The translations under genes were made by a program, and so were the position numbers. A stretch of DNA of 64,000 nt from Candidatus Undinarchaeales archaeon. Its GTDB lineage: Archaea > SpSt-1190 > JASMDC01. The DNA is taken from NCBI GenBank assembly GCA_030753015.1, contig JASMDC010000016.1, forward strand, positions 1-64,000, written 5' to 3'. Position 1 is the stretch's first letter. Every line of letters begins with the position of its first letter. The notes beneath the pieces were generated by a model. It worked only from the letters and a program-made list of their open reading frames with translations, ran no database searches and was not told the origin of the DNA. Below are positions 36,783-45,783 of the stretch, one piece after another.

Positions 36783-39700
36783 CGCTGCCAGCCACTACGG
36801 CCCTGTTGCTGATAACCTTCACCGTAGTACTGGCCATGGCCGTACCGTCCCATGGCGGCCTGCTGGCCTGGCGCCGTCTGCTGCGGGACACTCCCGTACT
36901 GGTCGGTGAGCCGTTTCTCCTCCTTCCGACGCTTGTACAGGTCCAGACCCTTGTACAGGGTCCCCACGAGCACGATTGGGAGGAACAGGATCTCCAAGAG
37001 GTCCTTGAAGGTTGACATCCAGAGCATCGTGTCGAGCATGGACCTGGCCTCGACCTCGACGACCAAGGTACGCACCACCTCGGGCCCCTGCTCTCGCTTA
37101 ATACGGACCGTCACGGTGTGATTGCCCGGTTCCTTGGCCCGGACAGTGAAGCTGTAGGGGAAGGGCGTGTCCGGTTTGAGGAGCACGCGCGGCAGGTCGG
37201 TGGCCGCGACCACTCCCGCAGGCCCCTCGACCGAGATCGAGACGTACTCGTCGGCCTCCCCCACGTTGCCCACGAAGATGGAGACGCTCTCTTCACCCTT
37301 GCCGCCCTCTCTCTGTGAGAGCGTGACGACCTCATTATCCTCTCCCAGCTTGATACTGACATCGCACGAGCAGTCCGGTGAGTTGGAGCAGTGCTCGCCC
37401 ACCTCGGTGTCGCACCGCCCGTTCTTCGCGCACTGGTCGACGGTGCAGTCCTGGCGACAGATGGCGCACTCGTTCAATTTATCGCTCTGCTCGCACGTCC
37501 CGTCACCGCACGCGGGAACGCACTTCAAGGTGTCCCGTTTGCACCGTTGGCCCTCTGTGCATCCACAGTCCACGCAGCATGCGTCGCCGCTCTCGTAGCT
37601 CGTGCAAACACCATCGCCGCAGATTGGGATGCATACACCCGCCGGGCACTCGTAGCTACCGAGGCAACCGCAGTCGATACAGCAGTCCTCCCAACCCTCG
37701 TCATCAGTGCACACGCCATCACCGCACCTTGAGACGCATCCGTCCTCGGTGCATGTGTAGCCGTCGGGGCACCCGATGTCCTCGCAGCAGGTCTCTACCG
37801 TCTCCCCTGCAACGATCATCCCGTCGTCGCACACGGGACCGCACCTTCTTCCCGTGCAGGCGAACCCGTCGTCGCACCCACAGTCGTCGCAGCAGGTGAC
37901 GCTGTCCTCACCCGCCTCGCACGCGTCGTCCCCGCAGAAGGGCGCCACGCAGCCGACGAGATCGGCCCCCTCGCGCTCCGGTCCACAGATCAGACCGGTC
38001 GTGCACGAGCAGTCCCCGGGTGCCGAGGCACAGGTCTCCCGGTGGAACACCGAGCACTCACCGTCACCGACACAGTCGCCCTCGCCGCAGTCCAGGCATC
38101 TACCGGCGCACTCGCCCTCGCCAGGCTCGCACACGCCGTTGCCGCACTTCTCGTTGTAGCACCCCGTCTCGGTGGCCTCCTCGTGGTCGGGCCGGCACTC
38201 CCAGCCTGCAGGACATGCGCACTGCCCGGCGGTGTTCTCGCAGTTCTCTCCCACAGGGACGTTGCACTCAATGTCCTGCAGACAGGTCGTGATGTTGCAG
38301 TCCATGCAGCCGGCGGTGCATTCTCCCTGGGATATGTCGCACACACCGTCACCGCACCGGCGGACGTAGCACCCGGCGTCGTTCGCACGCGGATCGAAAG
38401 GACCGCACACCTCACCCTCACCGCACCGGCAGTCTAGCGAGATGGTACAGTCCTCACCCGAGAGGATGTTGCACCCGGGATCAGCAGAGCATACCATTGC
38501 GTTGCATCCGTCGCACCCGAGAACGCACTCGTTCAGTAGTACGTTCTTCTTGGTAGCGGCGTCGGTGAGGTTCATGTCGCAGACGCTGTCGTCGCAGGTC
38601 GGTTTGACGCATCCGCTGCCGTCGGTCGAGCGCGGATCGCCGGGCATGCAGACCTCGTCCAGGGCGCAAGCACAGTCGGCTGACGTGTCGCACCGCTCAC
38701 CGGACGCAGGGGTGCAGGTATCGTCCTGCCCGCACAACTCTAGTGTGCATCCCTTGCAACCCCTAGCGCACTCGTCGAATGTCAGATCCTTCCCAAGGAA
38801 GATGTCCTGGACGGTCATGTCACAGTAGGTGTCGTTGCAGCTCACCGCAAAGCATCCCCGGTAGTCAGCTCTCGGGTCCTGGGGATTGCACACCTCGCCC
38901 TCATCGGTGGAACAGGTGCAATCGTCCGAGCTGTCACAGTACTCGTCCAGAGCGTTCTCGCAGACACCGTCTCCCTTGGTATCATCGCACACTCTATTGC
39001 GGCAGACGAAGCTCTTTCCGAACATGGAGCGGCACTCCGTGGCGTTGTCACAGCCTCGGCACCCGGCTGCCGTCGAGCAGAACGGGATCGAACCTCCGCA
39101 GGGGATACCATGGGGGACGCACGCCTCGTTCTCACAGGAATAGGTCACATGGGAGTAGAACCCGCCCACGGAGTTATAGTCGCACAGCCCACCGCAGTCA
39201 TCATCCTTCGTGCAGGACACGCAGCCCTTTGCTGGCATGCACGAGTGCCCCTTCGCACTGCAATCGCTCCACTCGGCCTCCTCGCACGCACCCGCCCTGC
39301 ACGTGAAGGTGACGAACTTGTCGCTCTTCTCCCCCAGGCATTTCGGGGCGCATGCTCCACCGGGCGATATCTGACAAACACCATCCGCGTCACAGGTGCC
39401 GGGGACATCGCCCTCGCAGCATCCTGCCACGGACGAAGCGCAGTACAATGATGCCTTGGTCGCGTTGCATGCAAGCGTACCAGCGCATTGCCCCGCGCCG
39501 CACGGATCATCGGGCGCGCCCTCGGTGAGGCAGGACCCGCCGCAGCATGTGCCGGCAAGGATGCTGTCCGCATGGACGACACGGCATGAGTCCCCATCTA
39601 TCAGTTCGGTGCATGAAGGGCAGTCGCCAGCGAGGCATTCAGTCGTGACTATGGAGACCTCTACTCCACCGACGGACAGACAGGCCCCGACATCCTCGGG

Positions 39701-41488
39701 AGAGATGGTCAGTGTGGTGCCCGTGTAGTTCAACGTACGGGTCGTTGCGCCGCAGGTTACAGTGGATGTATCTGCTCTGACCTTTGAGGGATCAAGGCCT
39801 AGGTCCGCGGTCACCCAGGCGCCATCGTCCCCCTCTTTGAGCTCGATGGTCAGCGAATAGCGCATTACATTGGCCACCGCGTCATATGAGACCTTCATGG
39901 GGACCGTTTCTGTGCGGTTGCCCAGGAGGGTGACCGATACGTCCGCGGTCCCGGCGCGGTCGGCAGTGATCTTGAGCGAGGATTCGTAGGGGATTATGTG
40001 TTGTCCGGGTACGAGCGTCAGTTCGTTCACAGTGAAGGACGTGGGTGTCGAGGTAAGTGAGCATGATACATCCATGGACACATTTCCACCGTGAGATGTG
40101 ACGGAAAGCTTGCGGCCATCGAGCTCGCTTGCAGAATAGGTCTTTGTGAATCCCGATGACGGTGGGCATTCGCTGATCCCGGTGACGCCGATGCACCAAC
40201 CGTAACTAAGAGCGCTTGGTATCTCGTTGAAAACGAGTCCCTTTGACAACGCGTCGTACGGATCGGTCACTCCATCTGTACCAGTTATATGCGCCGAGAA
40301 GAATGAGGGGACGAATGGTACTGAGGCAGCTGTTTGTGCGCTAGGGTAATAACCGATAGTTGATCCCGGATCACCTTCTATGGTGATACTATTAAACGCG
40401 GAGCCTTCAGGAAAAGCGAGAGACGTTCCATTAAGTTCGCCTTCATGCAACATTTCATTGTTCAACCATGCTTTTCCTGATGGCATGCTGGGTATGTTCA
40501 AGAGAGCCGCGTTGGCATCATTTCCACAGCTATCGATTATTGGTGTATAGAAAATTGATGCTGTGCCGGAAGTCAGACTACCTAGTGAGAATGATGAAGA
40601 TGTTCGAATGCCACCCAACTCCGTACAACCGAATGAAAAATCTCTCGATGATGCTCTGTTGTTAAGTGTAGTAAGAGAGTCTGTTGTGATTGTGTTTTCT
40701 GTTGAAAGTAGATGAATTGGTATGGTTATAGATACAATGTAGCTAAGGCTCCCTACGACTCCGTATTCTTCGGGCTTTAGGATTGGTAAATAGAATCTAG
40801 GACCCTTTGAAGGGTCCAGATGCACTTGACAGAAGCTATTGTCACTATTGTCGGAAGGATCAATCATTATTGAATTTATCCCCTTTCTTAATACCTTTGA
40901 TGGAAAATTGAATACAGCTTCACCATCGATACAATCTACAGTATCTGTAGTATGATCATCAGTTCCTCTCTGAATAGTGAATGTGACTTTCCCATTGATG
41001 GGGAACTCATTTGATGTCCACCAACACTTGACAGCCACTTTGGCCACACCATCTCTGGGTTCATGTTCCAGAATGAATTCATAGAGTAGTTCTTGCTTTG
41101 AAAAGGAGTAGCAATTCATATCATCAAATAATGCTAATAGCAAATCATCGTCCACAGCTTCATTCCCAACTACGACATCACACGAACCGGTCTCATGACT
41201 AGGAAGTTCAAGGATCTGATTGTTCGTTCCGTCAGTTGTAGCCAATTCCATCCCACGGGTGAGCGATACATCTCCCGCTTCAACGCCCACCTGAAGTCTA
41301 CACGTTCCCATTTCACATTCTTGTACTGCCAGGGAGCTACCCGATACTACAGAACCATCTGTGGAGAACTCAAATTGCTCTCCCGGAAGTTCCGTTGTCA
41401 CACGATAATTAACAGTTATATCGCCTGCTGAAAGCACTAACGACATGATAATGAGCGCCGCAACAGACCTCCAATTGCTCATTGACAT
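36779..41488 (-). CDS. Large Cys-rich surface protein (1569 aa) with C-terminal TM anchor
   Basis: Signal peptide; beta-rich N-terminal half; many CGDGVC..E...C..DC repeats; Ig/CARDB-like domain; TM ILFLPIVLVGTLY. Confidence 0.85.
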   Translation of the reverse strand: MSMSNWRSVAALIIMSLVLSAGDITVNYRVTTELPGEQFEFSTDGSVVSGSSLAVQECEMGTCRLQVGVEAGDVSLTRGMELATTDGTNNQILELPSHETGSCDVVVGNEAVDDDLLLALFDDMNCYSFSKQELLYEFILEHEPRDGVAKVAVKCWWTSNEFPINGKVTFTIQRGTDDHTTDTVDCIDGEAVFNFPSKVLRKGINSIMIDPSDNSDNSFCQVHLDPSKGPRFYLPILKPEEYGVVGSLSYIVSITIPIHLLSTENTITTDSLTTLNNRASSRDFSFGCTELGGIRTSSSFSLGSLTSGTASIFYTPIIDSCGNDANAALLNIPSMPSGKAWLNNEMLHEGELNGTSLAFPEGSAFNSITIEGDPGSTIGYYPSAQTAASVPFVPSFFSAHITGTDGVTDPYDALSKGLVFNEIPSALSYGWCIGVTGISECPPSSGFTKTYSASELDGRKLSVTSHGGNVSMDVSCSLTSTPTSFTVNELTLVPGQHIIPYESSLKITADRAGTADVSVTLLGNRTETVPMKVSYDAVANVMRYSLTIELKEGDDGAWVTADLGLDPSKVRADTSTVTCGATTRTLNYTGTTLTISPEDVGACLSVGGVEVSIVTTECLAGDCPSCTELIDGDSCRVVHADSILAGTCCGGSCLTEGAPDDPCGAGQCAGTLACNATKASLYCASSVAGCCEGDVPGTCDADGVCQISPGGACAPKCLGEKSDKFVTFTCRAGACEEAEWSDCSAKGHSCMPAKGCVSCTKDDDCGGLCDYNSVGGFYSHVTYSCENEACVPHGIPCGGSIPFCSTAAGCRGCDNATECRSMFGKSFVCRNRVCDDTKGDGVCENALDEYCDSSDDCTCSTDEGEVCNPQDPRADYRGCFAVSCNDTYCDMTVQDIFLGKDLTFDECARGCKGCTLELCGQDDTCTPASGERCDTSADCACALDEVCMPGDPRSTDGSGCVKPTCDDSVCDMNLTDAATKKNVLLNECVLGCDGCNAMVCSADPGCNILSGEDCTISLDCRCGEGEVCGPFDPRANDAGCYVRRCGDGVCDISQGECTAGCMDCNITTCLQDIECNVPVGENCENTAGQCACPAGWECRPDHEEATETGCYNEKCGNGVCEPGEGECAGRCLDCGEGDCVGDGECSVFHRETCASAPGDCSCTTGLICGPEREGADLVGCVAPFCGDDACEAGEDSVTCCDDCGCDDGFACTGRRCGPVCDDGMIVAGETVETCCEDIGCPDGYTCTEDGCVSRCGDGVCTDDEGWEDCCIDCGCLGSYECPAGVCIPICGDGVCTSYESGDACCVDCGCTEGQRCKRDTLKCVPACGDGTCEQSDKLNECAICRQDCTVDQCAKNGRCDTEVGEHCSNSPDCSCDVSIKLGEDNEVVTLSQREGGKGEESVSIFVGNVGEADEYVSISVEGPAGVVAATDLPRVLLKPDTPFPYSFTVRAKEPGNHTVTVRIKREQGPEVVRTLVVEVEARSMLDTMLWMSTFKDLLEILFLPIVLVGTLYKGLDLYKRRKEEKRLTDQYGSVPQQTAPGQQAAMGRYGHGQYYGEGYQQQGRSGWQR

Positions 41489-41546
41489 CTAGGGCGCGCT
41501 CATCCTTTTAATCTATAGCTAGCGGTAGCAGCATCCCTATTTACTG

Positions 41547-41600
41547 AAGAAAACAAAAAAAAGGAAAAGAATTCCCCCCGCGCCGAAGCGCGGAGGGAAT
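41547..41600 (-). terminator. Hairpin plus U-tract terminator of the S-layer gene
   Basis: AUUCCCUCCGCGC-UUCG-GCGCGGGGGGAAU 13-bp stem followed by a long U-rich tract. Confidence 0.85.
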
Positions 41601-41615
41601 CCTTAATCTCCTGTC

Positions 41616-44360
41616 TTACGCGAAGGAGATGTCTGCGGCCTCGATGGGCAGAGCCACGGACGCAGCCGTCTTGAACTTCAGGCTGGTTCCAGTTAGCTTG
41701 TCCTCGTAGTCGTAGTAGTGCTGAAGGATGTAGCACGCCGCACGGGTGTGCTCAGCCTCCCAGCCAGCTGCCACGATAGCCTTCTTGCCGACGGTGAAGG
41801 CATCCTCCTTGAGCTCGATCAGGGCGATCGGAGCGTCACAGGGGAGCGCCTGGTCAGCGTCGTCACAGAAGTCCCACTTGGTGAAGCCGAGCTCCTGCAC
41901 AAGGGCGTTGGCCGAAGGCCCGCCCACGAGGACGAAGTCCCCGTACATGGCAGAGGTCGGGTCCGAGACCTCGGAGTCAAGCAGGGCCACGGGCACAGCA
42001 ATGTTGCTGTAGGTGTAGTAGTCGCCGCTGGGGACATCGGGAATGATGTCCTTAACGGTGTACTCGCCCACCTGGTCGCCCTTCTTGAGCTCTTGGACGT
42101 CCTCAGTAACACCGGAGTTTATCGACACAAGACCTCGGATGTCCTTCTTGGCCATCTTCAGGATCACGTCGCCAGCCTCGAGAGCGTCCTCGGGGGACTT
42201 GGCGATGATACCGTAGTTACCAATCTGGTCCTCCTTCTGGGTACCGAGCGTGTCGCCGATACCGCCGGTGGTCTTGTAGAGGTTGACCTCCTCTATAGAG
42301 GTCTCGTCCTTGCCGGCCGTGTGCGCGAAGTCGAAACCCACGAGGAACTGAATCTTCGCGGAGCCCTCCTCCTCACTGGCGATGTAGAGCGTACCCTCGT
42401 CCTGAGCCAATTCGTCAGTCACAAGGGCTGATCCCTTGGACTCGATCTGCGTAATACCGAGCTGGTAGATCGCAGTACCGTAGTACATCTTGGCCAGAAG
42501 CCTCACAGCGGGTCCGTCGGATCCGGCAGCACCGTCGTTCGTGACAGCGCCAAGGTTCGAGTTGGACGTCATGTACGCAGTTCCAGTGAAGCCGCTGAGC
42601 AGCTTGTAGAACTTGTAGTCGTCGTCATCAGCGTTCTCCTTGTAGTTGATGAACGTACACATGTAGTCCGGTCGTGGCGGGTTAGCCTCGGAAGCCTCGG
42701 TCCAGGAGTCGTTCTTGCTGAACTGACCGACATCGTCACAGTCGAGACCGTGCTCACTTGTGGTCAAAGCGTCCTGAGATATGCCGACGAAGATCTCGGC
42801 GACAGGCTTCTTGTTGTCCAGCAGGAAGGTCGCACCTTCCGGCGGAACGAGGCGGTATCCGTTCATGTACTCGAAGTCCTCGCCCTTCTTGTCGAAGGGA
42901 GAGTTGACCGAGGTGGCCCAGATGACCTTGAAGTCACCCATGGCGCTCTCGTCCACATTGATACCGTGGAACTGGAGCCTCCACTTGTCGTCTGGCGAGC
43001 TGATGAACTCGTCCTTGGCCAGACCCTTGCTTGAGCCCTTCTTGTCCTTGCTGTACTTGTACTCAATGATACAGGTACGGGCGTCGTCGGTCCCGAGACC
43101 CTCGGAGCCGTAGGAGGAACAACCAGATGTACCCTTAATGGCAGTCGAGCTGACCTCACAGCAGATGTTCTCGAGCTCCCAGTCGGTCTCCTTGTTAGCG
43201 TTGTCCTTCCACTTCTTGCCGTCAGTGACGGTGCGCTCGATGTCACCAAAGCCCATCCAGACCTCAGCGGTGGAGAGCGAGTTCCAGGTGTCAGGCCTGA
43301 TCTCGATGGTGAACTCACTGATCTTCTTGCTGATGGTGGCAGGCGTGGTCTTGTGCACGTCGTCGTAGTTGGGCGAGAACATGTGTGTCTGCCCGGAGGG
43401 GTCCACGATCTCGAAGAACGCAGTGTTGGAGCCAGAGGCAACGTCGTTCAGGGTGATCTTGTAACCCTTGTACTCGGTTGTCTTGCCCTTGTGGATGACC
43501 TTCTTGTCACCCATAAGGATAACGAACTTCGGGGTCGCAGCGTTGTCGTCGTTGTCAATGGCGTCGAAGTCCGACAGGCGCACGTCGTGCCCGAAGATCT
43601 TCACGGGGAGGTAGTTGTCCACACCGAGACCGCCGTTGGTCGCATCTCCCTTTCCGGAGAGCGTGAAGTTGGCGTAGTCGTCGATGTTGTCGTCTCCCTC
43701 TGTGGAGCCTGCGCCATAGTCGGCGTCCGTAGGCGCCTCGATGAACACCTTGTACTTAAGGGTGCTCGCGGCAATAGAGAACCTCAGCACCTCCTTGTCG
43801 ATGGTGAATCCCATGTTACCAGCGCTACCGAGCTTCGTGGTGTCCAAGGTGATGATGTCGAACACACGGAACGAGTCATCAGGCTCACCGGCCGGGCTCA
43901 CATAAACATCCTGAAGCATAGGCAGGCCGTGGTAGTCGTGGAGACCCTCGATAAGGTTCGTCGTCTCCTCAAGGAAACCTTCCTTGAAGTCGGCGAAGGC
44001 GATGTCCACCTTCTCATCGTCGGTACCCTTACCGTCAGCGGCAAGAGCGAAGTCGTGGATAAGACCAGCGACATCCGTCTTGGTCAGTACCGCGGTACCA
44101 GCACCTCCGCCGGAGATGGTGGCCTTCTTGTGCGTCGCCTGGGCCATGGCGGCCGCGATATTCACGGCACCCACGACGTCGGCGGGGGCTGCGACCTTAC
44201 CGACCACAATAGTGGACTTGAGCTCGCCGTCCTTGATAAACATCCCGGGGAAGTCCGAGAGGTTCGCAGAGAGGGCGGGAGCCGCAATGGTAGATCCCAG
44301 CATTAGAGCGCTGCCCGCGAGGGCGGCCATGCGCTTGATTCCTTTCTTAATGGTCTGCAT
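41616..44360 (-). CDS. S-layer protein (Methanococcales/Thermococcales-type N- and C-terminal domains)
   Basis: KKGIKRMAALAGSALMLG signal, IVVG..A.PADVVGA..IAA, LDSE, VLVGGPSAN.LV, AAGWE...TRAA; AAAGGAG RBS; strong codon bias. Confidence 0.88.
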   Translation of the reverse strand: MQTIKKGIKRMAALAGSALMLGSTIAAPALSANLSDFPGMFIKDGELKSTIVVGKVAAPADVVGAVNIAAAMAQATHKKATISGGGAGTAVLTKTDVAGLIHDFALAADGKGTDDEKVDIAFADFKEGFLEETTNLIEGLHDYHGLPMLQDVYVSPAGEPDDSFRVFDIITLDTTKLGSAGNMGFTIDKEVLRFSIAASTLKYKVFIEAPTDADYGAGSTEGDDNIDDYANFTLSGKGDATNGGLGVDNYLPVKIFGHDVRLSDFDAIDNDDNAATPKFVILMGDKKVIHKGKTTEYKGYKITLNDVASGSNTAFFEIVDPSGQTHMFSPNYDDVHKTTPATISKKISEFTIEIRPDTWNSLSTAEVWMGFGDIERTVTDGKKWKDNANKETDWELENICCEVSSTAIKGTSGCSSYGSEGLGTDDARTCIIEYKYSKDKKGSSKGLAKDEFISSPDDKWRLQFHGINVDESAMGDFKVIWATSVNSPFDKKGEDFEYMNGYRLVPPEGATFLLDNKKPVAEIFVGISQDALTTSEHGLDCDDVGQFSKNDSWTEASEANPPRPDYMCTFINYKENADDDDYKFYKLLSGFTGTAYMTSNSNLGAVTNDGAAGSDGPAVRLLAKMYYGTAIYQLGITQIESKGSALVTDELAQDEGTLYIASEEEGSAKIQFLVGFDFAHTAGKDETSIEEVNLYKTTGGIGDTLGTQKEDQIGNYGIIAKSPEDALEAGDVILKMAKKDIRGLVSINSGVTEDVQELKKGDQVGEYTVKDIIPDVPSGDYYTYSNIAVPVALLDSEVSDPTSAMYGDFVLVGGPSANALVQELGFTKWDFCDDADQALPCDAPIALIELKEDAFTVGKKAIVAAGWEAEHTRAACYILQHYYDYEDKLTGTSLKFKTAASVALPIEAADISFA

Positions 44361-44411
44361 TTTAATGCACACTCCTTTCAGCATTACGCTTGGGACAGAC
44401 AAGTCCGAACC

Positions 44412-44432
44412 TGATTTATAAAAGTTTGGTAA
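44412..44432 (-). promoter_or_regulatory. TATA/BRE promoter of the S-layer gene
   Basis: Minus strand ACCAAAC-TTTTATAAAT about 55 nt upstream of the ATG. Confidence 0.6.
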
Positions 44433-44607
44433 AACTGGTCTTACTTGCGAGTAGTAACACGTCATTCGTCGAACATCGCTACGTCAATCTTGTGTAACTC
44501 ATGAATGTTAATAATCCTTAATAAGTGACCTGTGAAACGTGGTACATGCACTGTATCTATGGTCGCGAGCAAGTGTCCTGAGCCCGGTAAAGTAGCCATC
44601 ATCACGC

Positions 44608-45384
44608 TCACACGTCACCGAAGATCTCCGCCGAGGGATAGACCTTGATGCCCCCGGGGGCCGCTATCTTGAACGGATAGATCTTCGTGCTGTGGTTCGT
44701 CGAGCGCATCTTACGCACGGCCAGTGCCCGCATGAACATGTTCTTCTCCTTGATGAAGTAGAGGACGATGACACCGTCGACGACGAACTCCTCGACACCG
44801 TAGACCGAGTACTTGTTGGCCCCCTCCTCCCTTTCCGAGATCATGAAGGTCGTGCAGTTGACCCTTCGCAGGATGCGCGACAGGTCCATGAAGGAACGAC
44901 GGATCTTGTACTGGTCGTTGAAGTACATCCCAAGGATGGTCGCAGAGTCGAGGACGAGCCGCTTGGCCCCGATCTCCATCACCGAATCCTCGATGGTGGT
45001 GACCAGAGATTCCCACTTGTAGAGCTCGGGCTCGACGACATTGAGCTTCTTGTCCTTGATTAGACCGCGAACGTCCCAGCCGAAGTGACAGGCATTCTCT
45101 ATGATCTGTTTGGGTGGCTCCTCGAGAGTAAGGTAGATACCGGGTTCTTCTTCGTACTGGGCCCCATGGCAGAGGAACTGCATCCCGATCGTCGACTTCC
45201 CGTTCCCGCACGAACCTGTGATGAGAACAAGGTTGTTGCGTGGGATACCCCCCTGGAGCAGGTCGTCGAGGCCAGGGACCCCCGACCTCACGCGTGTGAC
45301 CTGTGACGGCTTCCCGAGCTCCTCGCCGTCGGTCAGCTGGGTCGTCGTCTCTTCTTCTTCCTCCTCGATCTCACCAAAGGCCAT
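44608..45384 (-). CDS. Single-domain KaiC-like (RecA superfamily) ATPase
   Basis: SGVPGLDDLLQGG.P, GSCGNGKS Walker A, TLEE, RLVLDS Walker B, EEFVVDGVI.L, KMR. Confidence 0.92.
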   Translation of the reverse strand: MAFGEIEEEEEETTTQLTDGEELGKPSQVTRVRSGVPGLDDLLQGGIPRNNLVLITGSCGNGKSTIGMQFLCHGAQYEEEPGIYLTLEEPPKQIIENACHFGWDVRGLIKDKKLNVVEPELYKWESLVTTIEDSVMEIGAKRLVLDSATILGMYFNDQYKIRRSFMDLSRILRRVNCTTFMISEREEGANKYSVYGVEEFVVDGVIVLYFIKEKNMFMRALAVRKMRSTNHSTKIYPFKIAAPGGIKVYPSAEIFGDV

Positions 45385-45683
45385 ACTGGGCTTATTCTTG
45401 TGGTGTAGTATTAAAAAAGTGACATCGGGGCACCCTTGCATTACTTACGGACCGATGGTCCTTTGACCGGTGAAATGATATCATTATCCGGCCTGCCGAA
45501 AAAGGACACCACAAGGGCGCTATCGACAACTGACGAAGGGCGAATCGACGATAAACACTCGTAAATACGCCAATCCTTGCCCCGCTCCGATAGAAAATGC
45601 CGATCACAAGTCTCGGAACGGTCCGGAACCGTAATATAGGCCCGTTCGGACCGCATAGTGGAAATACTGGCCATTTCAGGGTA

Positions 45684-45720
45684 GGCCCTTTATAAAACCG
45701 TCACGGGGCCCTTTATATAT
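45684..45720 (+). promoter_or_regulatory. Tandem TATA boxes upstream of the giant protein gene
   Basis: GGCCCTTTATA at both 45684 and 45707, separated by CCGTCACGG. Confidence 0.5.
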
Positions 45721-45783
45721 GGGCAGAGGTTCCGCCTTAGAAGGACACTACACGTTGTCATGTCCTGAGGAAGGTCTATTCAT

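Noticed and set aside
41718-44421. Long antisense ORFs over the S-layer gene (and similar ones over ggt, nadC and the giant gene)
   Set aside because: Shadow ORFs produced by strong GC3 codon bias; no motifs or RBS
45392-45674. Small ORFs in the KaiC / giant-gene intergenic region
   Set aside because: No coding signal; they overlap promoter elements
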